A stretch of DNA of 64,000 nucleotides from an uncultured Planctomycetota bacterium (GTDB lineage: Bacteria > Planctomycetota > Planctomycetia > Isosphaerales > Isosphaeraceae): the NCBI GenBank assembly GCA_963845755.1, contig CAWJTV010000028.1:224001-288000 (forward strand), read 5' to 3'. This document shows positions 23,905 through 35,066 of the stretch, one piece after another. A model generated the notes under the pieces. It had not been told where the DNA came from, searched no databases, and saw only the letters and a program-made list of their open reading frames with translations. How positions within the stretch are numbered: position 1 is the first letter of the stretch; every line of letters starts with the position of its first letter. The position numbers and the translations under genes are program-made.

Positions 23905-24777
23905 TCATCCTTCCACATTGTCCGCACAGTCGTGACAGTCCAGGTCGTTGCCGGATAGACGTTCAATGATCACATCGGTCAACTGGATTTCGATGCCGAT
24001 CCATCGGCGATTCTTGCGCTCGCAGACTGCGAACGTGGTCCCACTGCCGCCGAATGGATCGAGCACGACCTCGCCTTCGACCGTGCTCAGCTCCACCACG
24101 CGATCGAGGATCTTGGTCGAGAGGGCGTTGGCCTTGCGGTTTGGCGATTTGAACTTCCCGTGCCGCACGGGTGGGATGTCGGTCCAGACATCCATCAGGT
24201 TGACACCCAGGTCGTTCATCGCGTCGCGATGACCGCCGTAATCCTTGATCTCGCCCCCGCAATGGCGGCAGGTCTCGATCGGCGTGCGAATCTTGCGGAA
24301 CGTCTTCGGCTTCCCTTTTGTGTAGTAGAGCAGGCTGTAGTGGGCCGGATAGAGCCGGCCCGCGATCGGCAGGCCGAACTTGATGCTGACCGTGATCCAG
24401 TGCCGGAATTGCAGGCCCAACGTGTTGAGGTGATGCCCCAACTCGATGTTCCAGCGCGGGAGGTTATACAGGAACAATGCGCCGCCCGGCTTCAAGAGGC
24501 GGCAGCACTCGTTGATCCATCCGCGGCACCAGTCCAGATAGTCAACGTCCGTCCGCAGGTCGTTCACCCGCGCCCCGTATGCCTTGCCGAGATTGAAAGG
24601 CGGATCGGCGAAGACCGTGTTGACGCACTCATCGCGGAAATGCGGGAGCAGGCCGGAACAATCGCCGTGGAACAGTGCGCCCCGATCGGTGACGAAACGC
24701 GGGAGCAGGCTTCCGTTCGCGCGGAACGGGGAAAGGTCGAAAGCGCCGTTGGGGACGATTAGGCGACGTTGAGCCAT
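23905..24777 (-). CDS. Beta-class N4/N6 DNA methyltransferase, M.BamHI-like
   Basis: DPPF (motif IV) precedes DPFGGSGTT (motif I); RLYPAHYSLLYY, KDYGG, PPVRH recall the BamHI methyltransferase family. Confidence 0.85.
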   Translation of the reverse strand: MAQRRLIVPNGAFDLSPFRANGSLLPRFVTDRGALFHGDCSGLLPHFRDECVNTVFADPPFNLGKAYGARVNDLRTDVDYLDWCRGWINECCRLLKPGGALFLYNLPRWNIELGHHLNTLGLQFRHWITVSIKFGLPIAGRLYPAHYSLLYYTKGKPKTFRKIRTPIETCRHCGGEIKDYGGHRDAMNDLGVNLMDVWTDIPPVRHGKFKSPNRKANALSTKILDRVVELSTVEGEVVLDPFGGSGTTFAVCERKNRRWIGIEIQLTDVIIERLSGNDLDCHDCADNVEG

Positions 24778-24869
24778 CGGACGGTCCTGGAAACGGGGAA
24801 GACTGTGGGGTCGGGATCGCGTTCTGATACCGAGACGCGAAGCGCGGAGTGGGAGACGCACGACCATGG

Positions 24870-27800
24870 TCATCTTGCCGCCTCCTCCACGGTGAGGAAG
24901 ACCCGGAAGCGAGTGCCGTGACCGGGTTCGCTCTCGACCTCCAGGCGTCCGCCGTGGTCCTGGACCATGCCGTGGGTAATGCTCAGCCCCAGCCCGGTGC
25001 CGTCGCCGATCTCCTTGGTGGTGAAGAAGGGGTCGAAGATCTGGGGCAGGGCCTCGACGGGGATGCCGCAGCCGTTGTCCGCCACCTCGACGACGACGTC
25101 GCCATCCTCGGCCGAGGTGGTGATCGTGATCCGACCGTCGGCGCGATGGGTCACCTCGATGGCCTGGAGCGCGTTGACCAGCAGATTCAGGAAGACCTGA
25201 TTGAGCTGGGCGGGGGAGGCGACGACCCGCGGAATCTCACCGAAATCTTCCTCGATGGTGATGCCGCGGCGATCGAGCCGGCCGCGGATCATCTCGAGGG
25301 CGGTCCGGATCGCCTCGTGCACGTCGGCCTGGTCAACCGCGGCCTGGTCCAGCCGGGCGAAACCGCGGAGGTTCTGCACGATGTCGGCCACGCGCTTGAC
25401 GCCCTGGCGTGTGCTCTTGATGAGCTTGCCCAGGTTCTCTTTCACATAGGCCAGGTCGCATTCATCGGAGAGGGAGGCGACCTGCCGGATCAGCTCGGGC
25501 CGCGCGGCCTCCAGCTCGGCGTGACCCTGCTCGTAGAGTCCCTGGACGCCGAGCAGGAAGCGGACGTCGCGCTCGAGGACGGCCAGATTGTTGGCGATGT
25601 AGGCCAGGGGGTTGTTGATCTCGTGCGCGACGCCGGCCGAGAGCATCCCGAGCGAGGCCAGTTTCTCCGACTGGACGACGCGGGCGCGCATCTCATGGCG
25701 TTCGATGAACTGGCCGATCTGGCTGCCCAGGCTGGCCATCATGTCGAGGGTGGCACGGTCCACGGGCCGGACCTCGAGGCTGAGGAACTCGAGGACGCCG
25801 AGGCACTCGCCCCGGAGCAGGATCGGGAAGGCGAAGGCGGCGTGTAGGCCCTCTTCCGTCGCGGCGGGACGACGTGGGAGGTTGGGGTCATGGCGGATGT
25901 CGGGGATCCACGCCGGCTGGCCGAGGGTCCAGGCGCCGCCGGGGAGCCCGATGTCTGGCTTCAGGACGATCTCTCGCGTGATGGACTCGAATCGGGGAAA
26001 CGCGGCGCCCCGGCCGGTGCCAGAAGGTCGCGCACCGGAGCCGTTGCGCGTGGTGGTCCACCCTCCAGAACACGCCGAGGTTCCAGTCCAGGCTCCTGCA
26101 GATCGTCTCGAGGATCTTGGTCGCGGCCTGGCTGGGCGAGTCCGACTCGGCCAGGACGCGGGTAGTCTCGTACTGGGCCGACAGCCGTCGCTCGGCCTTC
26201 TTCCGCCGGGTGATGTCGTGGAAGACGACGACCCCGCCCTCGATCGCCCCACGTTCGTCGCGCAGCGGGCGGCCGGTGACCAGGATCCACGTCCCGTCGT
26301 CGCGGCTGGGATAAGCGATGTAGATCTCCACCTGGTCGGCCGATTCGCCGCGGATGGCCCGCATCAGCGGGATCTCTTCCGTGGGATAGGGAGTCACCCG
26401 GTCGGGGAGGAAGATCTCGTACTGCCGCGACCATTCTCCCGGCGGGCTGTCGACCCGCCCCTGGCCGAGGATCCGCTCGGCAGCCGGATTGAACACCAGG
26501 AACCGCGCCTGCGTATCGGCGACCACGACGCCATCGCCCATGCAGTCCAGGACCGACTGGAGGATGCGGGTCTGCTCGCGATAGGCGATCTCGGAGCGCG
26601 CCAGCTCCTGGGCGTGCTGCTCGAGGCTCTGGTTGAGCCGCCGGATCTCCTCGAGCTGTTCGAGTCCCGTCAGCGCCCGCGCCGTGTGCGAGGCCAGGGT
26701 CTCCAGAGGGCGCAAATCGAGGTGTTCGGGATCGATCGGCTGGCGCGTGGCCACCTGGAGCGTGCCGAGAATCTCGTCGCTGCCCAGCGGCACGATCACA
26801 TGTCCACGAATGCCCGATAAGGCGACGGTCGCCTGGTCGCACCGAGGATCGGTGGTGGAGTCGGGGATCACGATCGCACGATTCTCGCGGACCGCGATGG
26901 CCAGGATGTCGTCTCCCGCGAGCGAGCGCACGGTCATGTCGACGATTCCGGTCATGCTGCCGGTGGCCCGCACGGCGCGGATCACGCCCGCATCGCGGTC
27001 CACCAGCGCGATCATCGCCAGGTCGTATCCCAGGTCGGAGCAGAACCGCAGCACGCTATCAAATGTCTTGTCGATATTGTGCGGGTCCAACTGCGAGGTC
27101 GAGATGCGGAAGAAGGCGTCGAGCAGGTCGCGGAGGGCCTCCAGGGCGCGGGTGCGCTCCGAGATCCGCCACTCGAGCGTCGCATGCGAGCGCGCTAGCT
27201 CGTCGGTCATCCGGTTGAACGCCAGGCTGAGCTCGCCGATCTCGTCGGACGAATCGACGCGGCTCCGGGCGTTCAGATCGCCCGCGGTGACGGCGGCCGA
27301 GATCCGCGCCAGGTGCCGGATCGGCCGCGCGAACCGGCGGGCGATGGCGTTGGAGGCGGCCAGCCCCAGCAGCAGCAGGCCGCCGCCGAGCCCCAGCAGC
27401 AGCCAGCGAAGCCGCCTCACCGGCCGGTAAGCCTCCGCGGAGTCGATCTTGGCGATCAGGCCCCAGCCGGGATAAGGCGTGCCCAGCGGCCGGTAGGCGA
27501 CCAGCACGTCTCGACCGCGATAGTCGGTCGTCCGCCGGAACTGGAACTCCCCCGCGATCGCCGCATCCATCGAGGGAAATTGCTCGGGTGAGACCTCCGT
27601 CAGGCGCGATCCTTCGCGGGGTGGCAGCGGCAAATGGATCCGAGCGCCGCTCTTCCAGCCAATCAGGACCTCTCCGGTTTCTTCCAGGCCGTGCGGGTCG
27701 GAGAGGAACATCATGACCCTCCCGAGATCGACCACCAGCATCACGGTTCCGGCGACGTGATCCTCGCCATCCCGCACGACTCCGGCAAATGTCGCCCCAT

Positions 27801-28284
27801 AGGTCGAATCGAGCCGTTGCAGCGGGACGGCCAGTCCGCCCGCGGCCCTCGGATCCAGGCCGATCCGTTCCGCCTGGGGGAGCTCGGCCAGCTTGCCCGA
27901 GAGCCCGCTCGATGCGATGATCCGGCCCGCGTCATCTTCCACCCAGATGGCCAGCAGGGATGTGATATTGGCCCGCACCGACGAGAGGAACGCCTCGGCT
28001 TCCTCCCGGAACCGCTGTGCCGGCAGCGTCCCGTGCGCCCGGTCGATCAGCAGCGATCCCATGCGCGACCGGTTGGCAAACCCCACGGCTCGCTCCACCT
28101 GCTGATTCAGCTCATGAAGCAGGATCTCCTGCCGATCGCCGGCGACCGTGTTGAGCCGGTCCTTGACCTCATCCTGGAGGATGGCGCTCGTCGTGATGTA
28201 GGCAACGCCGATCAACAAGGCCGTGTTGATCGCGACCAGGACACCGACGAACAGCGTGAGCTTCCAGACGATGGATTTGGTCAT
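24870..28284 (-). CDS. Membrane sensor histidine kinase (Cache-HAMP-GAF-PAS-GAF-HisKA-HATPase); frame break near 26007
   Basis: Two TM segments, HAMP ([13 protein letters not shown]), PAS (FNPAAE), [27 protein letters not shown]. Confidence 0.88.
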
Positions 28285-28287
28285 TGT

Positions 28288-28322
28288 GGCAGTAGGCAGT
28301 AGGTAGTAGGCAGTAGGCAGTG
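28288..28322. repeat. Heptamer tandem repeat (GGCAGTA) x5
   Basis: GGCAGTA GGCAGTA GGTAGTA GGCAGTA GGCAGTG. Confidence 0.85.
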
Positions 28323-28372
28323 AAGACTCGTCGGCTGCGGGGCCGTTCCGCACCACCACCGAATATCGAGCA

Positions 28373-30378
28373 CTAACGACAAACTGGGAACTCGGTGATC
28401 CGCAGATCCGTGCCACCATAGGGGAAGAGGGTCAGTTCCTCCAAGGGCTGCGTGCTGGCGACGGGACTGCGCGGCGGCGGGGCCGCGGCGCCTCTTTCCA
28501 GGCCCCAGCCTGGCAGACGCCGACCCTTGACCTTCGCAATGACGAGCGACCCCATCGGCGAGAACGCCCCTGGGGCTTGCGGGGCCTCGATGAACTCCAC
28601 CGAACGCTCCGGGTGTTCGCGATCGATCTGGAGCGCGTAGTTCCAGGGCGATTTCGGGTAGACCTCCCAGTCGGCGAACTGCGCGTGATCCTTGACCTTC
28701 TTCCACTCGGCTTCGATCGGCAGGGCGAAGACCAGCGGCCCGCGCGTGATGGCCACCGCGCCGTTGTCGCCCGGGTAGAGCCCCACCTGCATCGGGAACT
28801 GGACCGTGAACGTCTTGGTCTCACTCCATCGCGTGCCCAGAGATAACGAGGCACTCCCACGATTCGGTTGTCGCTTGGGTATCTCCACCGAGACGTCATC
28901 GGCATTGAGGGTGGCACCACCGAGGCTGACTTCCTGATCGAGCCCCTCGATCCGGGCTGTGTCCGCCCAGCCCGGGAGGCGAAGTTGAAGGGGGAACGTC
29001 ATCGGCTCGGGAACCGTGACGGCGATCCCGACCTTGTCGCGGAATGGATAGTCCGTCACGACGACGACCTTGACCGGCTTGCCCTGGATCTTCGTCTCCA
29101 CGACGCATGGGGCATAGGCGACGACGGCCAGGCCGCCGTCGGACGTCTTCATCCAGAGATGCGAGATGAACTTGGGCCAGCCCTGGTGGAAGTTGGCCGT
29201 GCAGCAGCCGAAATTCGGCTCGAGACCGTAGAGGTTCGAATCCGGCCCATTGTTGACGTAGACGTGCTCGCCCTGTGCCGAGCAGATGACCTGGTTGCAC
29301 TGCTGGTCGTACTGGTGCGCGGTCATGTCTTTTTTGAAGGTCGCCGGCAGGGCATTGAATGCCAGCGTCTCCAGACGGTCGCCCAGTCGGGCGTCGGCCA
29401 GAGCCTCGAACGAGTACATCGCCTCGACCACGGTGCACAGCTCGGTCCCCTGCGACGGGCTTCGGCCGGCCAGGTGCTCGTCGCAGGTGAAGATGCCGGT
29501 GGCCTGGCCGTGATGACGGTCCAGAAGCTCGAGCATCCGGAATGCGGCATCCTTGTCTTTCGCGTCGCCGGTGAGCCGGTATCGCATGCCGCCGTACTTA
29601 AGGGCCATGCCGGTGTTCACGCCGTGCGTGTCCAGGTCGAACTTCCCCTGAGTCCTGGCGGTGAACTGGAAGTCGTCGAACTGGGCGCGCCAGTCGTGGC
29701 TCTGGTCGAACGCTTTTCTTGCCAGGTCCAGGAGCCAGGGCTCCTGGGTCCGGTCATGAAGCCAGTAGAGCGAGACGGCCAGGTCGGCCACCCGAAACCG
29801 CGCCCAGCTATACATCGGCTCTTTCGTGATGACCTCATCGATCTTGCGGCAGCACTTCAGCATCGCCGGGACGACGCGCGGGGCACCGCTGGCTTCCTGG
29901 TACTGGGTCAGGGCTTTGAAGAGCGGGAACAGGGGCCAGACGTCATAAGGCTTGTGCCTCCGGCTGTCGCCCACGGGGCCGAGCCAGCCGTCGGGGAGCT
30001 GGTGATCGAGGATGAAGTCGATCGCTTTCTTGACCTTGGCTTTGAGCGTGGGGTCGTCGAGCAGGTAAGCCAGGGGGACGAGGCCGTCGAGCCAGTAGGG
30101 GACGCGCTCCCAGCCCTCGGCCTTGCCGCCGAACCAGGCGCTGTCCTTGATATCGGGCCAGAACTCGTCGAGGTGTCCGCTCAATCCGTCGGCCTGGATG
30201 CGGAGCTGGTCCTTGAGCCAGCCGTCCGGTTTGATGCTCCCCAGGGGCAGGGGCTCGAACGTCGAGGGCGCAGGCCAGGGCCCGCAACCTTGGGCGGCTC
30301 CGCGGCGCGCGTCGTGGTCAAGGCGAGTCCGAGAACCAGGACCCACGCGGGGACGACGATTCGGTATCGGCAGGACAT
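28373..30378 (-). CDS. GH127/GH146 beta-L-arabinofuranosidase-like glycosidase, secreted; frame break near 30270
   Basis: Signal peptide, WERVPYWLDG, HGVN, GTELCTVVE, CCTANFHQGWPK. Confidence 0.85.
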
Positions 30379-30463
30379 GGCAAGACTCCCCGAGTGACCG
30401 GCTGGGTGGAGGTCATTCCCGTGCAAGATGGATTCTAGAGGGACGCCGCCGGTTACGCCAGGA

Positions 30464-32010
30464 TCACCTCCGCGGAGGGGGTTCGGGAAGGATGAGGTCC
30501 GTCCAGGCCATCGAGAGGGAAGTCGTGTTGTGGCCGTGGGGCGGGGCATGTCTGTGGGCTCGCGCACGGAGTCGAACATCGACGAGAGCCACCTGTCGCG
30601 TGGCCGCCGTGGGTTCGTTTTCCCCATTCCCGCGATCGTGAGGCGAGGCCGTCGGTTCGATTTGCCAATCGCGATGACTCCGGACCCAGGTACCGTAGAG
30701 TAGCAACAGTGTCGTCGCGGTGATCAGGGCCCGGAGAAACGGCAGGTTGCGTCGAGCGATTGCCCCAACCGCCGGGTCCGTGGGTTCGTTTTCTTCATTC
30801 GCGCGATCGACGGGCGGGTCGATGGGTTGGATCTGCGGATTCGCGCGATCGATGGGTGGGTCCTTGGGTTCGTTTTCTGCATCTCCGCGATCGACAGAGG
30901 GGTCGGCCGGATCGTTCTGCGGATTCCAGTCCTCGACCGGCGGGTTCATGGAACTCGGGACAGGGGATGCGTCATGACCTGAACGTGGCTTCGCACTCCG
31001 GCCGGATCGGCGGACTTTCATCAAGGTATCGAGGCTCCGGAATAGCGCTCGGCTGCACGAGAACTGGTAGCGGCGCAGCCGCTCGCCCTCGGTGCTGGTG
31101 TCGAACGACAGGAGGTCCGCTTGCCGGGCCACATCGGCCTCGGCGCACGGCGATGTCCGTCGACGAGCGGCTCCAGGCGCGCGATCGCCTGCTCGGCGAC
31201 GCTCCGCAACTCCTCGATCGTCGCCGCCTGGTCCTGCGCCAGTCCCTCGACCAACTGTCGGTCCAGCTTGCGGGCCAGGTACCCGTCGATCTCCGGGTGC
31301 GGGTTGGCCCGCCGGCGCTCGCAGTGGTTCTCCCATTCCTCGGCCGTCAGGTTCAGCGGCGGTTTCCCCAGCAGGCGGATCGCCCTGGACTTCTCGATCG
31401 ATGGCCAGGGCTGGCCCTGGTCGAGGAGGGTGCGGAGCTCGATCCAGCGGTCGAGCATCCACTGGCAGCCAGGACCGGTGGATTCGAGCCGGCGGACGAT
31501 GGCCCCGGCGTGATCGAGGACGTCGAGGGGCCGGGAGGTCTGGGACTTGCGGCCCGGGAGCAGGGCTTCGAGGATCTGGCTCTGAAGCTTGATGCTTCCC
31601 GATCCATTGCGATCGCTGAAAAGCCGACGGCCCAGCGCGGCGGCCTCTTCCTGCTGACGGTTCGCCTCCGCCACCGGCAGCGTTTCGATGATGTGGGAGA
31701 GCCGGGCGACCTCGGCGCGATCGGCCCGATCCAGCTTCCAGGAGGACTGCACGGCCTGCTCGACCAGGAACTGCTCGACCTCGTTCTGAGGCTGGAGGTT
31801 GCCGATCCAGGAGTCGAGCCGCTCTTGAAGCGCGTCGGGATCCTCGCCGGGCAAGACGAGAGTCCTGGCGGTCATGCCGTGCTTGACGGCGTTGAACCGG
31901 GAGCGGTTTTTGCCCTCGGGGGTCCGAGGTCCGGTGCTCTTCTGGGCATTGCGGCGGTTGATCTCGGCCCGATCGAGCTTGGGCGGAGTCGCGGTCGTGG
32001 TCATGGTCAT
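30464..32010 (-). CDS. Hypothetical protein with NRRNAQKSTGPRTPEGK...KHG N-terminus and NEP-repeat tail; frame break near 31145
   Basis: Two ORF pieces (31021..32187 and 30464..31462) join at a GCGC; helical body, 14-aa repeats, one hydrophobic helix. Confidence 0.7.
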
Positions 32011-32311
32011 GGATGTATGCCCCGGGAGTGGATGCCGTGGCGGTCGTCCTCGGCGGGAGATCGGTTCGACGGCGCCGCGCCGCCGGTTACCCATACGATC
32101 CGCACATGCGCACTCCCAGTTGCATAAAAGTTTCTGCATGTCAGGGGTTTTTGACGAGGCATCGCCGGAGTCCCTGCCGCAACCCATAACGTGGCAAACC
32201 GTTACATCGAGGGGCCAAAGAGCAGGAGATGCTTAAAAAAACCCGGGCGGGTGACAAAGCTGGCGGGAACCGTCCCTTGAGGGCTTGCCGGGCCGGTGTA
32301 TGTCCGTCTGA

Positions 32312-32467
32312 CCTAACGCGGCCTTCGGCCGCAACCCAATCGGGATTCCCGATTCGCGATTCCGGATTCCCGAAGGGGAATGATCCGGGAATCCGGAATC
32401 GCGAATCCGGAATTCGGAATCCCCAGAGGTGCGCAGGGCGCCGGGATCCTACGGAGGAAGACTCTAC
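32312..32467. repeat. 156-bp structured dispersed element, copy 1
   Basis: CCTAACGCGGCCTTCGGCCGCAACCCAAT, internal 21-bp perfect inverted repeat, ending CCTACGGAGGAAGACTCTAC. Confidence 0.9.
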
Positions 32468-32566
32468 GTTTTTTCGGGACTGCGCCCGGAACAAATGACC
32501 CCTACCGGGCAGTTGAATTAAAAGTCAACCATCGACAACAAATTGTCGATGCGCGGCCCATAAGGG

Positions 32567-32720
32567 CCTAACGCGGCCTTCGGCCGCAACCCAATCGGGA
32601 TTCCCGATTCGCGATTCCGGATTCCCGAAGGAAACGATTCGGGAATCCGGAATCGCGAATCCGGAATTTGGAATCCCCAGAGGCGCGGCACGGCGCAGGG
32701 AGCCTACGGAGGAAGACTCT
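32567..32720. repeat. 156-bp structured dispersed element, copy 2 (direct repeat of copy 1)
   Basis: Near-identical to 32312..32467. Confidence 0.9.
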
Positions 32721-32743
32721 CAATCGACTCGACGCGTCACCTG

Positions 32744-32857
32744 TCTTGACTTCGTTCCCTCAAAGAGTTCAACCACGAAATCCACGAAAAAAGACGAATG
32801 GGAAAATCAAATTCTGATCCGCTTTCCTCTTTCGTGTGTTTCGTGGATTTCGTGATT
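32744..32857. repeat. AACCACGAAA palindromic element
   Basis: AACCACGAAATCCACGAAA / TTTCGTGGATTTCGTGATT (18/19 inverted match); left flank similar to 62113..62140. Confidence 0.8.
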
Positions 32858-32869
32858 AATTCAGGGACT

Positions 32870-34750
32870 CTAAAGGGTCGTGAGGTAGGCAATCAGGTCG
32901 TCGAGCTCCTGCTGAGTCAACTCTCCCAGGCCGGTGACGCTCTCGGGGCTGTGGGGCCCTTTGAGGGCGTTAACAAGGGTCTTGGAGCGGCCGTCGTGGA
33001 GATAGGGGTCTTTGTCGTAGGTGCCGCGGAGGGAGGGGGGATTGTATCCGCGATAGGCATCGTCGCGCTCTTCGAGTCCGGCGACGTGGATCTTGCCATC
33101 CGTGAGCTCGGGGCTCCCGTGGCAGGTATTGCACGCGGCCTTGGCGGATCGGAAGATTTCCCGGCCACGGCGGGCGGCGGTACCGAGACTCCCATCGGGC
33201 TCCAGGAAGGGATTCCGCGGATAATCGAGCGTGTCCAGGTAGGCCACGAGCGCCGTTACGTCCTCCTCGCGAGGCTTGGGGCCTTGCATGCTCTTGGTGA
33301 AGGACTCGATCATGGCGTCCTCCAGCTCGGTTTGCCAGCCGTGCCAGGTCCAGGGCCTGGTGCGGGTGACCCGGCGGAGGGTGGGGACCTTCTTGCGGCT
33401 CCGCAGGTGGAACGTGCTGTTGTCGAGCCGGCCGTCGTTGAGCGTGTCGAAGTCCAGGCCGTTGGTGTGCCCGTCGCTGTGGCAGGTGTTGCAACTGTAC
33501 CACTGGTTGTGGGATCGCGTGGCGTCGTGGAACAGGATCTCGCCGCGGCGGACCATTGACGGCGTCTTGGGGCCACCGAGGGGGATCGTGCCGACGAGCC
33601 TGGCCGCGTCGGCGTCCACGACCTGGATGGCGTCGGCCAGGTAATTCGCCACGTAGACCGTCTTACGATCGGGGGCGAAGGCCAGCTCGGTGGGCCGGCC
33701 GCCGAGGGCGACGCGGCGATACCGGCCGTCGCTCTTGAGCAATTCGGGTGCGATCAGGTCGCGCGAGTTGTCGTCCCGCCAGGGGAGTCGCTTGCGGTCG
33801 GTCCGGAAGATCATGAGCTCGTGGGTCCCGCCACAACTCACGACGATCAGCTTCTGGTCCCCGCTGACGGCGACGCCATGGGCATCGGACGCGGCCTTGC
33901 CTTGCGTATCCAGCGAGAGCGTCGCGAATGAGGGCTCCGTGCTCTCCAGATCGACCCGGGTCAAGCGCTGGCCCAGGACCCAGCCCAGGTCGATGTTGTT
34001 CCGCGTGGTGGGGAACCGCCGATTCTTCATATTGGCGAGGTAACCCATCTTGCCGTCGGCACTGATGGTCACTTGACGGAGGTTATCGCCATCGATGGGG
34101 ATATTCCGGGCGACTTTCCAGGCCGGGACGTCGATGATCGAGACGTCCTGCGACCGGGCATTGCTGACCAGGAGCCGCGATCCGTCGGGCGACAAGGCAA
34201 TCCCGCGCGGCTCGCGGCCCACCTTCAACCGACCGGTGATCTTCTTCCCGTCCACGTCCACCCGGACAACCTCGTTGCTGACGCCCACGGCCACGAACGC
34301 CGTCGCGCCGTCGGCCGACAGCGCGACGCCCCGCGGTTCCGGCCCGACCTCGATGCGGCTCGATAGGGCGACCTTGTCGTCTTTCAGGTCAAGAACCGCG
34401 AGGTCATAGCCGTACCAGTGGGTGACCACCCCGCGGCGGCCATCGCGAGACAGGGCGACTCCGGCGGGCTTTTCCCCCGTCCTCCGCTCGTGGAGCACCC
34501 GCGCCGATTTCGTATCCACCAGCGAGACGGTGCCGGCGGTCTGGTTGGCGGAGAGCAGTCGCGAGCCGTCGGCCGAGAGGGCCAGAGCGATTGGCGAGCG
34601 ATGGAGATCGTCCCGCGCCGGGGTCGCCGGGGTCGGACTGGGACTGGGACCGGCCCCATCTCCGCCGCGGACGAGGGTCCAAGGCGCGACGACCGCCACG
34701 GCGATCGCCATCGCAATGAACATCCGAGACGGAAGTCGTCTGTCAATCAT
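32870..34750 (-). CDS. YVTN/YncE beta-propeller fused to a diheme cytochrome c peroxidase-like domain
   Basis: Signal peptide, VGxEPRG repeats, two CNTCH heme motifs, PYLHDG. Confidence 0.85.
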   Translation of the reverse strand: MIDRRLPSRMFIAMAIAVAVVAPWTLVRGGDGAGPSPSPTPATPARDDLHRSPIALALSADGSRLLSANQTAGTVSLVDTKSARVLHERRTGEKPAGVALSRDGRRGVVTHWYGYDLAVLDLKDDKVALSSRIEVGPEPRGVALSADGATAFVAVGVSNEVVRVDVDGKKITGRLKVGREPRGIALSPDGSRLLVSNARSQDVSIIDVPAWKVARNIPIDGDNLRQVTISADGKMGYLANMKNRRFPTTRNNIDLGWVLGQRLTRVDLESTEPSFATLSLDTQGKAASDAHGVAVSGDQKLIVVSCGGTHELMIFRTDRKRLPWRDDNSRDLIAPELLKSDGRYRRVALGGRPTELAFAPDRKTVYVANYLADAIQVVDADAARLVGTIPLGGPKTPSMVRRGEILFHDATRSHNQWYSCNTCHSDGHTNGLDFDTLNDGRLDNSTFHLRSRKKVPTLRRVTRTRPWTWHGWQTELEDAMIESFTKSMQGPKPREEDVTALVAYLDTLDYPRNPFLEPDGSLGTAARRGREIFRSAKAACNTCHGSPELTDGKIHVAGLEERDDAYRGYNPPSLRGTYDKDPYLHDGRSKTLVNALKGPHSPESVTGLGELTQQELDDLIAYLTTL

Positions 34751-34824
34751 GGGAGAACGCTCCAGGCGGTCGGCGAATTCGATTTGGAAGGCTCGAGGTC
34801 GGCTCAGAGCTGGTGAAAGAAACG

Positions 34825-34943
34825 GATTCCGGATTCGAGATTCGAGATTCCGGATTCGAGATTCGAGATTCCGGATTCGAGATTCCGGATTCGAGATTCC
34901 GGATTCGAGATTCGAGATTCCAGATTCGAGATTCCAGATTCCG
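34825..34943. repeat. Heptamer tandem array GATTC(CG/GA/CA) x17
   Basis: 17 consecutive 7-nt units read directly. Confidence 0.95.
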
Positions 34944-35066
34944 AATCATAAGTCTCTAATGCATCAGATTTAACATCCATTCGGAGTCCATCCGGGCTGG
35001 GTGGCCGGGCGGCTGCGTGCGGTTTACCCTCTTATCAGCGACAAAACAGCTCGTGCGGGCCGCGAC

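Noticed and set aside
23905..24777. This methyltransferase as the cause of the GCGC-linked errors
   Set aside because: Its motifs resemble the BamHI (GGATCC) family; nothing ties it to GCGC.
32141..32498. ORFs translated from the 156-bp element (also 62432..62626)
   Set aside because: Open on both strands because of the palindromic repeat; no consistent start or stop between copies.
32312..32720. Repeat-spacer-repeat as a CRISPR array
   Set aside because: Repeats are about 156 bp, there are only two units, and no cas genes are present.
34825..34943. Heptamer array as CRISPR or coding sequence (ORFs 34422..34973, 34743..34949)
   Set aside because: No spacers; the translations are low-complexity products of the repeat.
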